Source: Octopus vulgaris
Lineage: Eukaryota
Reading direction: 5' to 3'
DNA length: 64,000 bases
NCBI GenBank assembly: GCA_951406725.2
Contig: OX597815.1
Location: forward strand, 155,310,001-155,374,000
In this document: positions 1-14,189 of the stretch, piece by piece
How the letters are laid out: every line of letters begins with the position of its first letter
Numbering within the stretch: position 1 is the first letter of the stretch
The notes under the pieces: generated by a model
Databases searched by the model: none
What the model was told of the DNA's origin: nothing
What the model saw: only the letters and a program-made list of their open reading frames with translations
Program-made: the position numbers and the translations under genes

Positions 1-2117
1 AACATTTTTGCCAGCTCGCCGCCTTTATAGAATGAAAAATTGTACAACTACTACATTACATTTTTCGCTCTGAAGTTCACTGTCCTCATAAACACTAGTA
101 AACCAGCTTCGTTTTATAGCAAGTTACTTTAATTTCTCCGTTCAAATAAATATTTTAATTTTCTTACTAAGCTACTTAAGAATACTGAGTAGACTTTCAG
201 ACTGTTCGCTGCAAACAACTTTAGATAATCCGTGAAGAAAAGATGGCCGATGAGCTTTATCTCTCCTCTACCCATATAGTATACCGTTTTTTGTTTGTTT
301 GTTTGTTTGTTATTTCTGTTTTTTATTAAACAATTTAAAACCAACAAGTATAAGATGAAATGAAGATCAGAATTATATTCTCTTCGAAATATCCCAGTAG
401 AAGTTGGCGTTTATAGTCACGGTGTAACTGGTAACTGTAAGAATTATCTCACGTTCTTTGCTATTGTATTTTTGAAATTAACCATGTAGGACCTTGTCAA
501 AAGCATTCTTGCATTCCGTCCTCAATGCATATGACAAATTGATATTGCGTAAGTTGTCAACACCAGTATTGTCTTGATATTCAGGACCCATATATTTCCG
601 CGTTCAGCTCTTGTTTCACAAACATTTTTATTTGTATACGTTTAATAATCTTATTTGATATTATTTTGGAGACCAATTTATAGATTAGTAGCAGGTAAAA
701 GATGAATCGTTTGCAGTTCTTTTTTGTTGTCCTACTGGTAAGGAGCTATTCGGGTATTTGTCTGAGAAGACAGTTGACAGTTGATGTCAGTTGCCTGGGA
801 GCACAATATGACAAACAGCAGCAACAAGGTTTTAAATGTTATCAATGTCAGAATTTTCCAAATACACGAAGCTGTTTAAAACAAGCTTTAAATCAGATAC
901 AATAATATTAAGGGAAGGTGGGTTTTAAAATTTTATTGTTTTATTTGTTGTTCTTGTTAGTGTTGATGTTGTTGTTGCTGCTCTGACTTGTTTTCCATGA
1001 ACAGTTATTAGTTTCCGTTATCAAGAATGGAGGTCCCAAAAGTATTGGTTTCTTACGATGTTTATTTGAAGAAAAAAGTGACTTTAGGATTTTAGCCTTG
1101 GAACATTGAAGTATTCACTTCTTTTATCTTGGCTTGAAAAGATAATAATTGTATTTGGATATTTTTCTATATTTTCTTACATAATTATTTACCAATATTC
1201 TTTGTTTTGGGAACACGATGGCAAGAAGTTTGAATGTTTTCGGAAATTTTCAAAGTAACGACGGATTGTCGCACAGAAAAAAAAAAGCAACATTTAAAGA
1301 AACATTTGCACTACACAGAAACAATGACAATTTCACAAAGTAGCAACCAGGAACGAAGAAAACAAAAGCAATAAGGCTTTTTTAAACTTTTTTTTCATAC
1401 TGTTGTTTGTCAAAAATAATTCTGAATATGTGTCAGCTCTGAGAACAAAAACAAAAAGACTTTAGTAAAACATACCAGGAGACCTTATGTTCTTTCCTGA
1501 TAAGTTTATCAAACAAATGGCAAGTAGAAAAGTTACATATCTTGTCTTATAAAAAAAAAGGCGGCAAGTTTTCAGTGTGGCTCTAAGTGAACAATGAACA
1601 AAATCTTGGCCAATATACGAAATAATGTAGTTTCCATTAATCAAAGACGAACTCAAGGGACGAAATCCCTGATTGTTAAGAGTTAGGACAAGGCCAAGAA
1701 ACAGATATGCTGTACAACAGCGCACTAGTTTATAATCACGTGGAATAAATATTATTAGTGATATTAATTCTTATTCTATTGATGCTTTTGCAATGCATTA
1801 AGGGTAGGTAGTGAGTGCTGGATCGATTAAAAATTACCTGTGCTTGGGTAGGGGTTCTCTGTGTATATGTAAGTCTTTATATCCTCTGAAGACCACAGTC
1901 TTCTTGGTGCTGCACTCCATCGTTCGCACAACATGAAAAGCAACACTGTTATGGTGAAGGGCCACCGAGCAGCCTCATTTATACCCTTCCTCCTTTGAGC
2001 CCTGTTCCTTCCAAGATGTCTATTTTAAATTCCTTAAAAATATCCATTTCGTCTTTTTCTTTAGCATCTCTGCCCACTGATTGAATTTTTTAATGAAATT
2101 TTATCCTTATATTAGAA

Positions 2118-2191
<74 letters not shown>

Positions 2192-2403
2192 TATAAGCGG
2201 TAATGGTGTCATTGAGACCCAAAGGTGTCAGATAATGCTGAATAAGTGCTATAGTCAGACCATAGTTAAGTTCCAAGTTCAGTGATTTTGCAAATAAGGG
2301 GTTCAACGTTGGTCATATGTCAGCATGTGTATATAAAATTTTTTTTTCGTAATGAGATAAAAAACCAAGGCTGAGTAGATTTTAGAACATTTATAGATAG
2401 AAG

Positions 2404-2451
2404 GCCTTACAGCTGTTTCCAGGATATTTATTATATCCCTTCATCGGAGAC
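2404..2451 (-). ncRNA. Minimal type I hammerhead ribozyme-like motif
   Basis: Minus strand reads GTCT-CCGATGA-AGGGATAT aataa ATATCCTG-GAAA-CAGCTG-TA-AGGC: helix I, core (U4->C variant), helix II hairpin, GAAA, palindromic helix III, UH. Confidence 0.7.
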
Positions 2452-2802
2452 GGTATGAGAGGATAGTAAAGTAATAGTTAATTTATATATGATACAAAAT
2501 GGAGAGTGAGGTGGAGGAAAGAAAATAGATGCGAGATATGTAGGGATATTGAATTTGTAGATTCATTTTTTAGGCAAAATGGTATACACTGTGTATAGAC
2601 TCGATATTTGGAATGCTCAATTTAAAATACTTTGGGATTTTACTCATAAAGTATTGGAATCTTACATGTATACCATTCTGCCTAAAAGTGGATCTACAAA
2701 TACAATATCCCTACATATCTCACATCTATTTTCTTTCCTCCACCTCACTCTCTATTTTGTATCATATTTAAATTAACTATTACTTAACAATCCTCTAACA
2801 CT

Positions 2803-2850
2803 GTCTCCAATGAAGGGATATAATAAATATCCTGGAAACAGCTGTAAGAC
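2803..2850 (+). ncRNA. Minimal hammerhead-like motif (core mutated to CCAATGA)
   Basis: GTCT-CCAATGA-AGGGATATaataaATATCCTG-GAAA-CAGCTG-TA-AGAC, with perfect GTCT/AGAC helix I. Confidence 0.62.
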
Positions 2851-2916
2851 CTTCTATCTATAAGTGTACTAACATCTACGCAGCCTTGGTTCTTTTTATC
2901 TCATTACGAAAAGAAA

Positions 2917-2972
<56 letters not shown>

Positions 2973-3149
2973 AGTTTAGACCTGTAGTGGAAAAGTCCAC
3001 TGAAACGTTGTGTCTTGACAGAGTGCAAGCTGCAAACATAGGGTAGCAGAATATTTTAAGTGTGTCGCAAAAAATAGTGCATCAGCTGGCATTGCTGCAA
3101 ACAAAACTAAACAATGCACACCGCGACAAATAATACACCCAGAATGGCC

Positions 3150-4080
3150 ACCATTGCTCCAAAGCCGTCCTTTACATCAATTCTTCTCATAAATGTCAGA
3201 GGCTTCCTACAAAACAACAAACGCAAATTTGCTTACCTGAGTGATCTTTCTGCGTGCAATCAAGAAATATGAATTGCACTTACAGCGACGCACCTGTCTG
3301 CAGACATAAATGAGGCAAAGATACACATACCAATGTATGCTGTATTCCATACAGAGAGAAGAGAAAGCAGTCGCAGTGGAGTTGTGTTGTACATCCGTGA
3401 AGATATCACACCAATAACTCTATTGTCACATTCAAACTTTATCTGTGACACTCTCATAATGCACTGAAAGCAAAGTGATGTGGTAATACGCACATTATAT
3501 CTGTTTCTTTATTATCCACAAAGGGCTAAACATAGAGGGGACAAACAAGGACAGACAGACGGATTAAGTCGATTACATCGACCCCAGTGCGTAACTGATA
3601 CTTAATTTATCGAACGCCGGAAGGATGAAAGGCAAAGTCGACCTCGGCGGAATTTGAACTCAGAACGTAACGGTAGACGAAATACGGCTACGCATTTCGC
3701 CCGACGTGCTAACGGTTCTGCCAGCTCGCCGCGCATTATATCGTCCACCTAATGCCTCAAATCACGATGATAAATTTGAGGAAAGCCGTACAATGATAAA
3801 AGAGCAAAAGTCCTCCATAGCTTGGTTCTCAAGGATACACTACTATTCAGCATTCTACCAAACAACCTCAGAGATTGGTGAGGTGTAAATGCAGAGGTTT
3901 TCAAAGAACGTCTGGGCAAATTTTTATCTAAGATACCAGATGAATCCACATCACGACAGAAGACACAAAGAAGAACGGTTCCATCCAATTCGCTACTTTA
4001 CCATAAACAGTAATACAGAATAGAAACCCAATAACACAGAAAAGCGTTGTTCCAGCATGGCCTCAGCTCTGGATGAAGCC
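3150..4080 (+). pseudogene. Internally deleted CR1-clade LINE: APE endonuclease N-terminus joined to ORF2 C-terminus and 3' tail
   Basis: Manual translation gives LLINVRGF...ALTATHLSADINEA...LYRPPN (APE-like). From ~3815 it reads LFSILPNNLRD..VFKERLGKFLSKIPDESTSRQ, matching the C-terminus of the 54948-55700 ORF. Tail ccagcatggcctcagct at ~4052. Confidence 0.72.
3502..3733 (-). mobile_element. SINE family A (central GCCTTTCATCCTTTCGGGGTCGATAAA domain) with 9-bp TSD
   Basis: Many copies in the window. Flanked by CATTATATC at 3493-3501 and 3734-3742. Interrupts the CR1 endonuclease remnant. Confidence 0.9.
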
Positions 4081-4085
4081 AGATT

Positions 4086-4119
<34 letters not shown>

Positions 4120-4122
<3 letters not shown>

Positions 4123-4343
4123 CCTTCCGGTCATTTCAATATGCGACTGCGTGTGTATCGTTGGCGATTTTCTTCCTCTGTTTTCCCTCTTTGGACTTTT
4201 TTCTGTATTTCTGATGAAGAGCTCCGCTCGAAATATGAAATCCTCTTTCTTTTCTTTCCTTTCCTGAGAGTCCAATAATACTGTACTTATTCCACGTCCT
4301 CGCATTGTTGCTTTTCCTTGCTTGTTAATGTTTGGATTGACTT
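4120..4343 (+). mobile_element. Short PLE 3'-end (pLTR-like) fragment between two (TA)n tracts
   Basis: Homologous to 51050-51255 and 43948-44100 (minus). Ends tgtttggattgact followed by (TA)n. Contains a hammerhead motif. Confidence 0.78.
4208..4240 (+). ncRNA. Hammerhead-like motif with degenerate helix III
   Basis: TTT-CTGATGA-AGAGC tcc GCTC-GAAA-TATGAAA. Canonical core and helix II; helix III mutated relative to the other copies (CGTT). Confidence 0.6.
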
Positions 4344-4347
4344 TATA

Positions 4348-4444
<97 letters not shown>

Positions 4445-5054
4445 GTGTGTGCGTGTGTGTATGTCTGTCTTCTAAGCCTTAATAATTCTTATTACAAGCA
4501 AGGAAACTTTATGTATTTCCCAAACTATGAATAATAAAGATAATTATAATAAGTGCTTCTTTATTTGCCACAAGGTCGTCAATTAAGGAGTAAATTACAA
4601 AGAAATAAATATAAAAATGGTAGAAGCTTACATAAAATCAAGTGTGATAATAATAAAATATAATAGATCAGTATAATTTTGTGGTTATGTTCGTTTTATT
4701 TGTATACGTAGACTGAATACGAAACAAAAACAAAATTCAAAACGGTAATAACAATATTAATGAGAACATAGACGTAGAAATAGGTAGATATTTCGTGCGT
4801 AATATGACCCAATAAATATTTCTTGTATACGCAACACGGTTTAAATAATGAAAAAGAAAATGGTGAATTACATTTCTGGGTTTTTTTAATAAGTCAACAG
4901 GAAAATATATAACCACAATAAAACAAATCTCGTAATATCGATCATAACGTATTAGCTGAATAAATATCAGTAACAAGAACAACAATAACGACTACCACAC
5001 TATTGTGTGAGTGTGTGTATGTGTGTGTGAATATGTGTATCATGTATTATAATA

Positions 5055-5265
<211 letters not shown>

Positions 5266-5892
5266 ATACACGCACAACAAATGTAACCTATTACAAACAA
5301 CCAACGAACACTAAGTATAGTTTGAAAAAGACAGATGCCGTTTTGTAAAAATATACGAGACTTAATGTAAAGATTTTTTTTTTCTTTTGTTTTTCTTTCC
5401 TTTTGTATAATTTTTATTTGATCGCAAAGTTAGTTTTGTTTGATTTCTTGTTGGAAATTTTCCAAATGAGTCTTATATTTTCGATAAACAGCTGAAAGAT
5501 AAATATATAAGAAATAAAAGGAATAAATAAATTAAATATTGTCAGATGGTCAATATTTCTATAATTCCATCAAATATATGATCCACCCTTTGGGTTTTGC
5601 GTGCGTAAGTGTGTGAGTGTGTGTATGTGTATGTGTATGTGTACGTGTGTATGTATGCGTGCATATGTATGTGCATATGTGTATATGCAGAGAAAGTCAA
5701 AGAGAGCGAGAGTGAGACAAATTTATACAGATGTATATTTATAAATATATACTATTTATATGGACACAAGCTTTTATACAAAAACTTATATATATATCTT
5801 CATATATACATATACTATGTTTATCTCTCTACCTCTATACACATACATATACATATGCGTGTGAGAGCGCGCTTAAGCATGTTTATGCATAC

Positions 5893-5927
<35 letters not shown>

Positions 5928-6098
5928 GTATATATGCATGTGTGTGTGTCTATGTGTGTGCGTGTATTGTGTGCGCACACATACATGCACACATGCACAC
6001 ATACACACACACACACATGCATACATACATACATGCATGCATACATACATGCATACATACATGCATGCATACATACATACATACATACATACATACAT

Positions 6099-6129
<31 letters not shown>

Positions 6130-6164
6130 TATTGATATGTATTCTTGTAGTCATATCTGTATAT

Positions 6165-6380
6165 TACAAGTGGATGCTGAAAATTCCCTGGCTTTAAGAG
6201 TATCACGCAAAGCCTGATCGGAGGCCCAAACTTACGATTTTTTTTACAAGGCTTAGAAAAACTGAAAGGACCGCTGCAACAAGTATATGAATGTAAGAGG
6301 GGAATATGTTGAATAAAGCCATAATTAACTGATCCTCTTGTATTTTCTTTTACTCAAAGCCAGTAACTGTTCAACACCCC
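6165..6380 (+). mobile_element. Mariner deletion derivative / MITE
   Basis: Imperfect TIRs (gatgctgaaaattccctggcttt / aaagccagtaactgttcaacacc). Internal frameshifted FLQGLEKLK..RCNKYMNVRGEYVE* resembles a mariner transposase C-terminus. Confidence 0.7.
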
Positions 6381-8726
6381 AACCCCACCCCACCTACATA
6401 TAAACGTACGAATACCCGTATTTACGCACATAGAGAAAGGATGCACAAGGAGAATAGTAGAGAAATTTTGCTTATATGAAAAATCTTTCTGTCTGAGACA
6501 AACCAAGAACTATATATAGTTTATTGGCATTAGCATTTATTTTATTCATTTTTTTATATCTACTCATCTCTCTATTTTTGATTGTTACTCTAATTCATTG
6601 TCTAAATTGACTAATAGCTAAGTCGTACACGTAATCAACTTCATAAACTTTGATTTATTAGAATTTTGTTACTAATTTCAATGACTGAGACATCTTAAAA
6701 TAAATCTGTATTCATGTAATATTTTGTAAATCCAAATTGCTGTTCCTGTGTCATCTCGACTTTCTGTGATTAATCGCTTATTTATATTATCACCTTAAAA
6801 AGAGGGCCGCTAATTTATATCAGACGATGTATGAGATTGTACGATGATCTTTCGTTTCTCAGAGTTCATTAGGAGCAAGTTTATCATCCGCAATAGAAGA
6901 AATCAGCTCGAAGACTTGACAGGCAAGCATTTAACTTCCACTGTAAAACACGCCCAAATTCCTTCAGATTTCATATTCATGTTGATATTGCTGTTGTTAC
7001 AAATGTTATTGTTATTGCTAATGCAGTTGTTGTTGTTGTTGTTGCTGCTGCTGCTATTGTTGTTGTCGTTGCTGTTGCTGCTGCTGCTGCTCAGTTCTGG
7101 TCAACTTTCTTCAAGTAATCTTGTGATGCTAAACCATTATGGCTGTGCCCATCCCACCCCTTTTGTCTAATATATAGTGCCTAACACTACATTATACAAC
7201 GTGTCCTTCATTTTCTTAGACATTAATGTGGAATTTGGAGACGATTTTGTTCCTATTTCATGGACATCGAACAACCATAAGGAGTCCTTTTTTTATTTGT
7301 TTTGTTTTATCGATGAAGTACAAAAATGCTTTATGTTTAGGACTCGGAAAATTCGAATTGTGGCATCCATGGCTTTCACAAAGGAAGCGATGAGAACTTC
7401 CTTCAACTAAGGATCGGAACCAGATCGTATCCACATCTGATCAGGAAGTTAATTCTATATCAACATCTATTAACATTTCTGATATATAAAATGAGTTGAC
7501 CTATTAGCTAGGGTACTCCAACCATGACTATTCCGTCATCTTAGGAGTATGTATGAGATGAAGATTTATCTAAAGTGTCCTCTCCTATAACAATCTCCTA
7601 AAATAACATCTAAAAGATTTGGGAGAGATTTGGTTGCTATATCTAGCAGGTCAAGCAACGACGCGGTAACTTTCACTTTTGCTTTGTTGTTTTTGTTCTT
7701 GTTATTGTTGCTATTATCATTCTTGTTGTAGCTGTTTTGTTGCTGTTTATGCGTTGTTTTTTGGTAGATTGAAACAAAACACAGAATGTTTCTAAAGCAC
7801 CAGAAGCACGAAAGCTGCTTTTCAGAAAATCTCGGAGAGATTTAAACTCGTTTCTAAATAGGACAAACAAAAATATTGTAATGCATTTAGATGCATTTAG
7901 TACGATAATCTACAAACATGATTATCTCCACGCATCATTACTTTCTTGTCTTTCAAAACCAAATTAATAATTGTATTTTGACATTTTTTTAAATATCATT
8001 GTACGTTTGCAACTCGCAATCTCAACTCATGCCTTGCAACTAAAACACTTGAATTCTTGTAGGTGCTTGACATTTTAAAACAAACATGAATTATATTAAC
8101 TTTACTTTTGTGTTTTCACTTCTGTATATCATATAACACAATCTCTTCTGGTACATTTACGGATTGGTCACTAATTTCAAGCAAACAAAACTGTACACTA
8201 TCAGATATATCTTATTTTCAATGGCCGATGCGATCCTACCACGATCTAAGTGAATTTTCCCAACAAATGGTTGCTACCAGAAGCAACGAAGTATAAGAAA
8301 AATACATTTGCATTATCTGATTATTTCTTGCACCAAGACTACGAGTGAGAAACTGTGATGTCATAAATTGCTTCACTTTGATATGTTTTATATGATTCTA
8401 TGGATATTCCAGTTCAAAACGATAGTCTATTATATATTATTTTATCTCGTTTTAGTTGAATAAATATTGAATATCTTTTGGAGATCAAAACCTAAGTTTG
8501 GGAGATATTTTTTTTCTTTTGCTGGGAAAGAGAAAGAGAGTGGAGGTAGTGGCTAGAATTTACGTACAACTACCACGACCACGACACCAGTAAAGCATTG
8601 ATCTTCAAACAGTGAAAGACAAAGGTCGATTTTTGTCAGGATTCTAGATCAGTAATATCGGGTTCCATACCTGATATCTAAAGATATGTGTGTGCGTGTG
8701 AGTGTGTGTGTGCGTGTGCGTGTATG

Positions 8727-8759
<33 letters not shown>

Positions 8760-9005
8760 CATTTTTAACACCTGAACGACACCTCCAATATTGGCCAATA
8801 AATATTTATGATGTTGATTTGCGAAGATGTTCGATTGTTGCAAAATCATCACTAAAGCCACGGACTGAATGCTTTGTGATTTTTTTTTTTTACATTTTAG
8901 AAGTTCAAATCCTGCTGGACTGATTTTTCTTTTTATCCTTTAGGCGTTGATTAAATAAATACCGCATGAATAACTGATCGATTATATTATCTACACCACC
9001 ACCAT

Positions 9006-9092
<87 letters not shown>

Positions 9093-9864
9093 AAGCTCAT
9101 AGCGATCGCCGCACATGACGAAATAAAATAATCTAATAATGGGGCATATAAGCCCTCGACAAAAAAAGGTTTTCCTGTATGCATATATAAAACTAAGCAT
9201 GTTAAAAATCCTTATATTCGATTGTAAATAATACCGACGAACTGTGGAATCGGTGAGCCGATTGGAGGACTGTATGTTTGATAATCTGTTTTGGCCATTT
9301 CGCTTCACAAATTGTTATATGCAAATGTAGGTTCGGTGATGGGTGATGAAGAATAAAAGGAAATTGTACTGTACCATTTGCACACGGTTTAAGTTCACAT
9401 TTCGCTATAACTGACTGTCTTTCATGAAATGGTGCCAGTTCTATTGACTATATATTACATGAATAACATTTTATTAATATGGTCGCACATATGTCTATAT
9501 GCATTATGTTCGTATACGGGAAACGTTTTTGAGTACGCATTTAAAAGCTCCCGAACAAAGATCCACCTGATGTCCAATGATATTATAGATTGGATTGTAA
9601 TCATTCCAAGTATGCAGTCAAAAGCATAGGATTTATGGAAACGAGCATAGAGATGCATTAAAATATTCATAAATGGCATCCATGGATTACTTTATTACTA
9701 TCAATAACATTAATACGCCAACATTTTTTTTGTTTTTGTACGTGCCTGTTGTGTGCGTCACACTTACTTCAAAGAAGTGGCAAAGCGAGAGAGAAGAGGA
9801 CAGAGACGAATTAAGAGAGAGAGAGAGTGAGAGAGAAAGGGAAAGTGAGAGAGAAAGAGAGTGT

Positions 9865-10082
9865 GAAAGCGACAGTGAGTGGTGATGGCGTTCATTTAGT
9901 GTTTTTAAATGTTTCAGAGAGGAAGTAGTAGAGAAAGAGAGAGAGAAGGAAAGAGACAGTGGGTAGTGACGGCGTTCCTTTTGTCTTTCTAAATGTTTCA
10001 GAGAGGACGTAAGAGAGAAAGAAAGAGAGTAAGAGAGAGAAAAAGAGAGAGTGGAAGAGACAGTAAGTCGTGACGGCGTTCA
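9865..10082 (+). repeat. Degenerate purine-rich tandem repeat (~85-105 bp unit)
   Basis: gacagt..gtga(t/c)ggcgttc occurs three times (~9870, ~9954, ~10059). aaatgtttcagagagga occurs twice. Confidence 0.6.
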
Positions 10083-10398
10083 TCACAAGAGAAGTAGGTA
10101 CATAGATACATATACACATTGTTAAATCAAAAGCGGGAGAGAAGAGGGACACAAAGGAAGTGAAAGAGAAATAGAGAAACTCAGACAGTAGATACATAAA
10201 TCCAAAGAAAAATTATACACAGATACATACATACAGCAAATGTTGGATGTCAATTTCACTTTTGATTACCACACGAGGATAAAATTAACTCACAAATGTC
10301 TGAGTACACCACAGACATGCATAACATTAACGTTGGGAAATTCAGTCTCACACAGAATATGACAAGGCTTGCCCTTTTGAATTACAGCTACAACTCGA

Positions 10399-10513
<115 letters not shown>

Positions 10514-11667
10514 TTGAGAGAGGAGTGAGTGGTGACACAACGGAAGGTGGTGTTTGTTTTTTGTTTTCAACCACAGCAAATATTGGATACCGTATCCTAA
10601 ACAAAAACTGTCTAATACATTCGTGTGTATTCTTTAATTGAAACACTGAATCATTTCGGACATTTATTGTTTTGATAGCAAGAGAAAAACTGGGAGAGAA
10701 AGAGAGAGAGTGAGAGAGAAAGGGCTTGAAGGAAGAGAGAGACAGACAGACAGAAAGAAAGAAAGAGTGGTGAAAACTTTGTTATAGACTATCTGACACT
10801 GTCTGCCTGTCTGCCTCTCTCTCTAGGTATGTGTTTGTGTATGTGTGTGCATGTATGTGTTTATTTGTCTGTATATGATTGTGCCTGTTGCCGTTTTGAA
10901 TTCCTTTCTGCGACTGACCTTAAACTCCTATTAAAGGCCCAACCACGCGCGCGCACTCACACTCACACACACACATACATACACATCTGTTTTAACCTAT
11001 TTCAACTGCAGCCATACACCAAAAAATGTGGTGTTTTGCTCCAAACTTTAAATTTTAAATTTATCAATATCTATAAAGCTGAAATGCGAAAAAGTTGTTT
11101 GTCTCATTTTGAGATGGGAACGGTTTAAGGGGCGGTAGATGGGGTCAGATTTGCGCCAAAATTTACAGGGACGTGTAAAAAGAGGCGAGGAAGCGACTGG
11201 ACTAGGTTAGAAACCCCTTTCTCAAAAGCTGTGGTTACTAAGGCAACAAAACCCAGATATTGACAAGTGTTTGTCGTTTCTCGCTTTTGGATATCACCCT
11301 GTCTTCTTCGATCTCTCTCCTTCCTTCCCTCCACATTTTCTCTATAACGACGTGTGACACCTTCCACTCTCATTCCCTCTCCGCCTTCGCCGTCTCACTG
11401 TCACTCTTTCGTCCAAAAACCTCTCTCATTGTACATCTGTCTGTATCTATAAAGAGAAAGCGTTGACAGCCGCAAAAATTTAAATGTTCCCGCCACAGGT
11501 CTTTTAGAACGGTGAATTATTATCGACCACCACCACCGCACAATCATAACAGATATTATTAATTAGATATATTGTGTTAATTTATATATATATATATAAT
11601 GTGTATGTGTGTGTGTGTATGTGTGTGTGTGCATAAATATATATATAATGTGTGTATATATAATCAA

Positions 11668-12025
11668 AATCCATAAAGCTGAAATGCGAAAACGTTGTTT
11701 GATTTCTTGGTTATTTGTCTCATTTTGGGATGGGAACGGTTTAAGGGGCTGTAGATGGGGTCGGATTGGCGCCAAAATTTACACTTTGAGTAAAATGGGG
11801 TGGGCAATGGTGTGAGGAGGGTTGCAAGTCGCTCGAGGCAACCATTTTGTTGCCATGGTGAGGAATATGAGAAAACGAAGTACGGGTCAAAATAGCTAGG
11901 GTTACCTTTTTTATAAAACTGAGAGGATTTTGTCTATTTATCTATTTTGACAAGGATTGAATTGACGAGGAACACTGTACCAATAAAGCAATTTAAACCG
12001 TCCAAAGGACGGGTGTGTTTGCTAG
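11668..12025 (+). mobile_element. Putative non-autonomous Helitron-like units
   Basis: Units start with ataaagctgaa / ataaaactgag. One ends ...aatagCTAG at ~11899; the other ends in hairpin CCGTCC-aaa-GGACGG (11998-12012) then CTAG (12022-12025) followed by T. The 5' ~100 bp is duplicated at 11073-11167. Confidence 0.5.
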
Positions 12026-12275
12026 TTTTCATTATAAAATTACACCTCAGCCAAAAAAACATTTTTTGGCTTCGGAATACAACGTTGTCTTTTTCTTTCT
12101 ATAATTTTAAGTTAGAATTTCTGGTTAATTTGTTGATGTGTCATCATTACGCATGCGCATTAAGGTCGGTGAACTAGTTAGGGGCCCGCTGGATCTCTCT
12201 CGGCATACCAGCAAATCACAAAATCGCACCAGCTAGCATCACCACTACCTCCAAGCCCGTCATATGTATGTATGC

Positions 12276-12308
<33 letters not shown>

Positions 12309-12344
12309 TGTGTGTATGTATGTATGTATGTATGTATGTATGTA

Positions 12345-12557
12345 TGTGTTTGTGTTTGTATTTGTCCCACCACCACCATTGCTTGACAACCGATGTTGGT
12401 ACGTTTGCGCCCCTGTAATTTAGCTGTTCAGCAGAAGAGACTGATAGAATAAGCACCAGGCTTACAAGGAATAAGTCCAGGAGTCAATTTCTTCGACTAA
12501 AGTTTGCTGCTCCTGCATGAGTACCGTCAAATGACTGAAACAAGTAAAAGAATAAAA
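12345..12557 (+). mobile_element. SINE family C, 3' half
   Basis: Matches the reverse complement of 52090-52330. Tail gtcaaatgactgaaacaagtaaaagaata. Confidence 0.8.
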
Positions 12558-12976
12558 TACAGGAAAAACGTTCTGTAACACTATGTATTTTCAGGTTAAA
12601 TAGTAATTCCGCTTACGTTTTTGCAACCCAGATATTTTGGTTGGATTATATAGTCATTGGTGTTACATTACTTTCTATATTCTGTAACTGTCACAATATA
12701 CTTTTCTAGGCATGAAATTTATATGAGAAGGGGGCTGGTTGATTAGATTGACACCAGTACACAACTGGTATTTAATTTATCGACACTGACAGGACGAAAG
12801 GCAAAGTCGATCTTGGCAGAATTTGAACTCAGAACATAAACACAGACAGTCATAATATGTATACAAACATTTCTCATGGTACACTATTTACAGATGCTTA
12901 CATTTTTATATGTTTTCCATGAATTTTTCTCGGGTTCAGCAAGTTACTATTATTATTGTTGTTGTAATTATTATTA

Positions 12977-13053
<77 letters not shown>

Positions 13054-13059
13054 ATTATT

Positions 13060-14188
13060 ACTTTTTTTTCTTCTTTCAAATTTGCTTCCATTTCTTGCCG
13101 AGTGTCTTCTCGACTCCTAGGGCAAAGAAACTTATAGTATACATTGGTAGGCCATTAAATCAAACTCAGTAGTTCGTTCATTTTTTTTTTTTTTTAAGTT
13201 AAATTAAAATACATGAGCAGCAACAGTTCTCACATCGACAATGCTCTTCTCAATACGTGTGATGTACCAGTTAAGACAATCTTTTGCACTTCTTGCAGGG
13301 ATGGTAAGCCAGGGATCATTCTCATATAATTTTCGGTTCCCTTCTTGATCATTCCTAGTGCTCCTACGATCACTGGTATTGTAACCGCCTTGAGATGCCA
13401 CATTTTCTCAATTTCAATGAGTAGGTCTTTATATTTTCTGAGCTTGTCAAACTCTTTCGCTGAGATATTATGATCACAGGGGATGCTCATGTCGATCAAT
13501 AAGCAAACTTTATTGTTTTGGGCTTTCACAACAATATCTGGTTTATTGGCCTTGATGGTTCGGTCTGTATGTACTGGAAAGTCCCACAGAATGATTACAT
13601 TTTCTCCAGTTACAGCCTCAGGGTGGTGATTATACCACTTGTCGGCAGTTTTGATATTGTAATGCCGACTTATTAGCCAGTGGAGATATTGGCCAACTCT
13701 GTCATGTCTTAATTTATACTCCACTGGTGCTAAGACTTTACATCCAGAGATTAGGTGGTCTACTGTTTCAATCATGTCGTTGCAGAATCGGCATTTTGGG
13801 TCTGCTCCATTTTTCATCACATTGGCCTGGTAGTTCCGGGTTAATAGGCTTTGATCTTGAGCAGCCAGGATGAAACCTTCGCTCTCTGCTTTTAGCCCTG
13901 AGCTCCGTAGCCCCTGATGGGTTTGCTTCTGGTCAACATCAGCTTGTTTGCTGCGGGTCACATATTTGCCGTGCAGAGGTTTCTCCTCCCACCTATCAGC
14001 CAATTGCTCGTGCGCTTTTTTCATTGCCATCATTTTCACCTTCTTTGCAACAATAGTTGCCGTACTTCCCTCGGGTTGTTCAGTTTGGGTATCCTGCACG
14101 AGATCAATAGCAAATTTTTTGCTTTCCTTTGTGATAGAATGAAGCTTCTTTCGTCTCTCGTGATTTTCCACGAGCTTTAGCATCCAGT
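13060..14188 (-). mobile_element. 5'-truncated R4/Dong-clade non-LTR retrotransposon (RLE endonuclease) inserted in a (TAA)n tract
   Basis: Open frame to stop at 13230 with KPLHGKY, a CRFC-x8-H-x4-C zinc knuckle, RHD, and KPDIVV...IDMSIP...K..KY restriction-like endonuclease motifs. (ATT)n lies on both sides. Confidence 0.92.
13230..14188 (-). pseudogene. C-terminal ~320 aa of R4/Dong ORF (CCHC + RLE domain)
   Basis: ORF track 13230..14342. Its first ~51 aa derive from the adjacent SINE and (ATT)n and are not part of the element. Confidence 0.88.
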
Positions 14189-14189
14189 C

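Larger units (their letters stand above)
2344..2912. mobile_element. Non-coding foldback element (inverted arms 2344-2588 / 2667-2912), probably Penelope-like element (PLE) derived
   Basis: Arms are reverse complements with scattered mismatches (e.g. tcgtaatgagataaaaaaccaaggctg vs cagccttggttctttttatctcattacga). Followed by (TA)n at 2920-2969. Each arm has a hammerhead-like motif. Confidence 0.85.

Noticed and set aside
340-620. Possible minus-strand exons (ttcttacAG acceptor at ~438)
   Set aside because: The implied intron is only ~45 bp, the frames are short and no peptide is recognisable.
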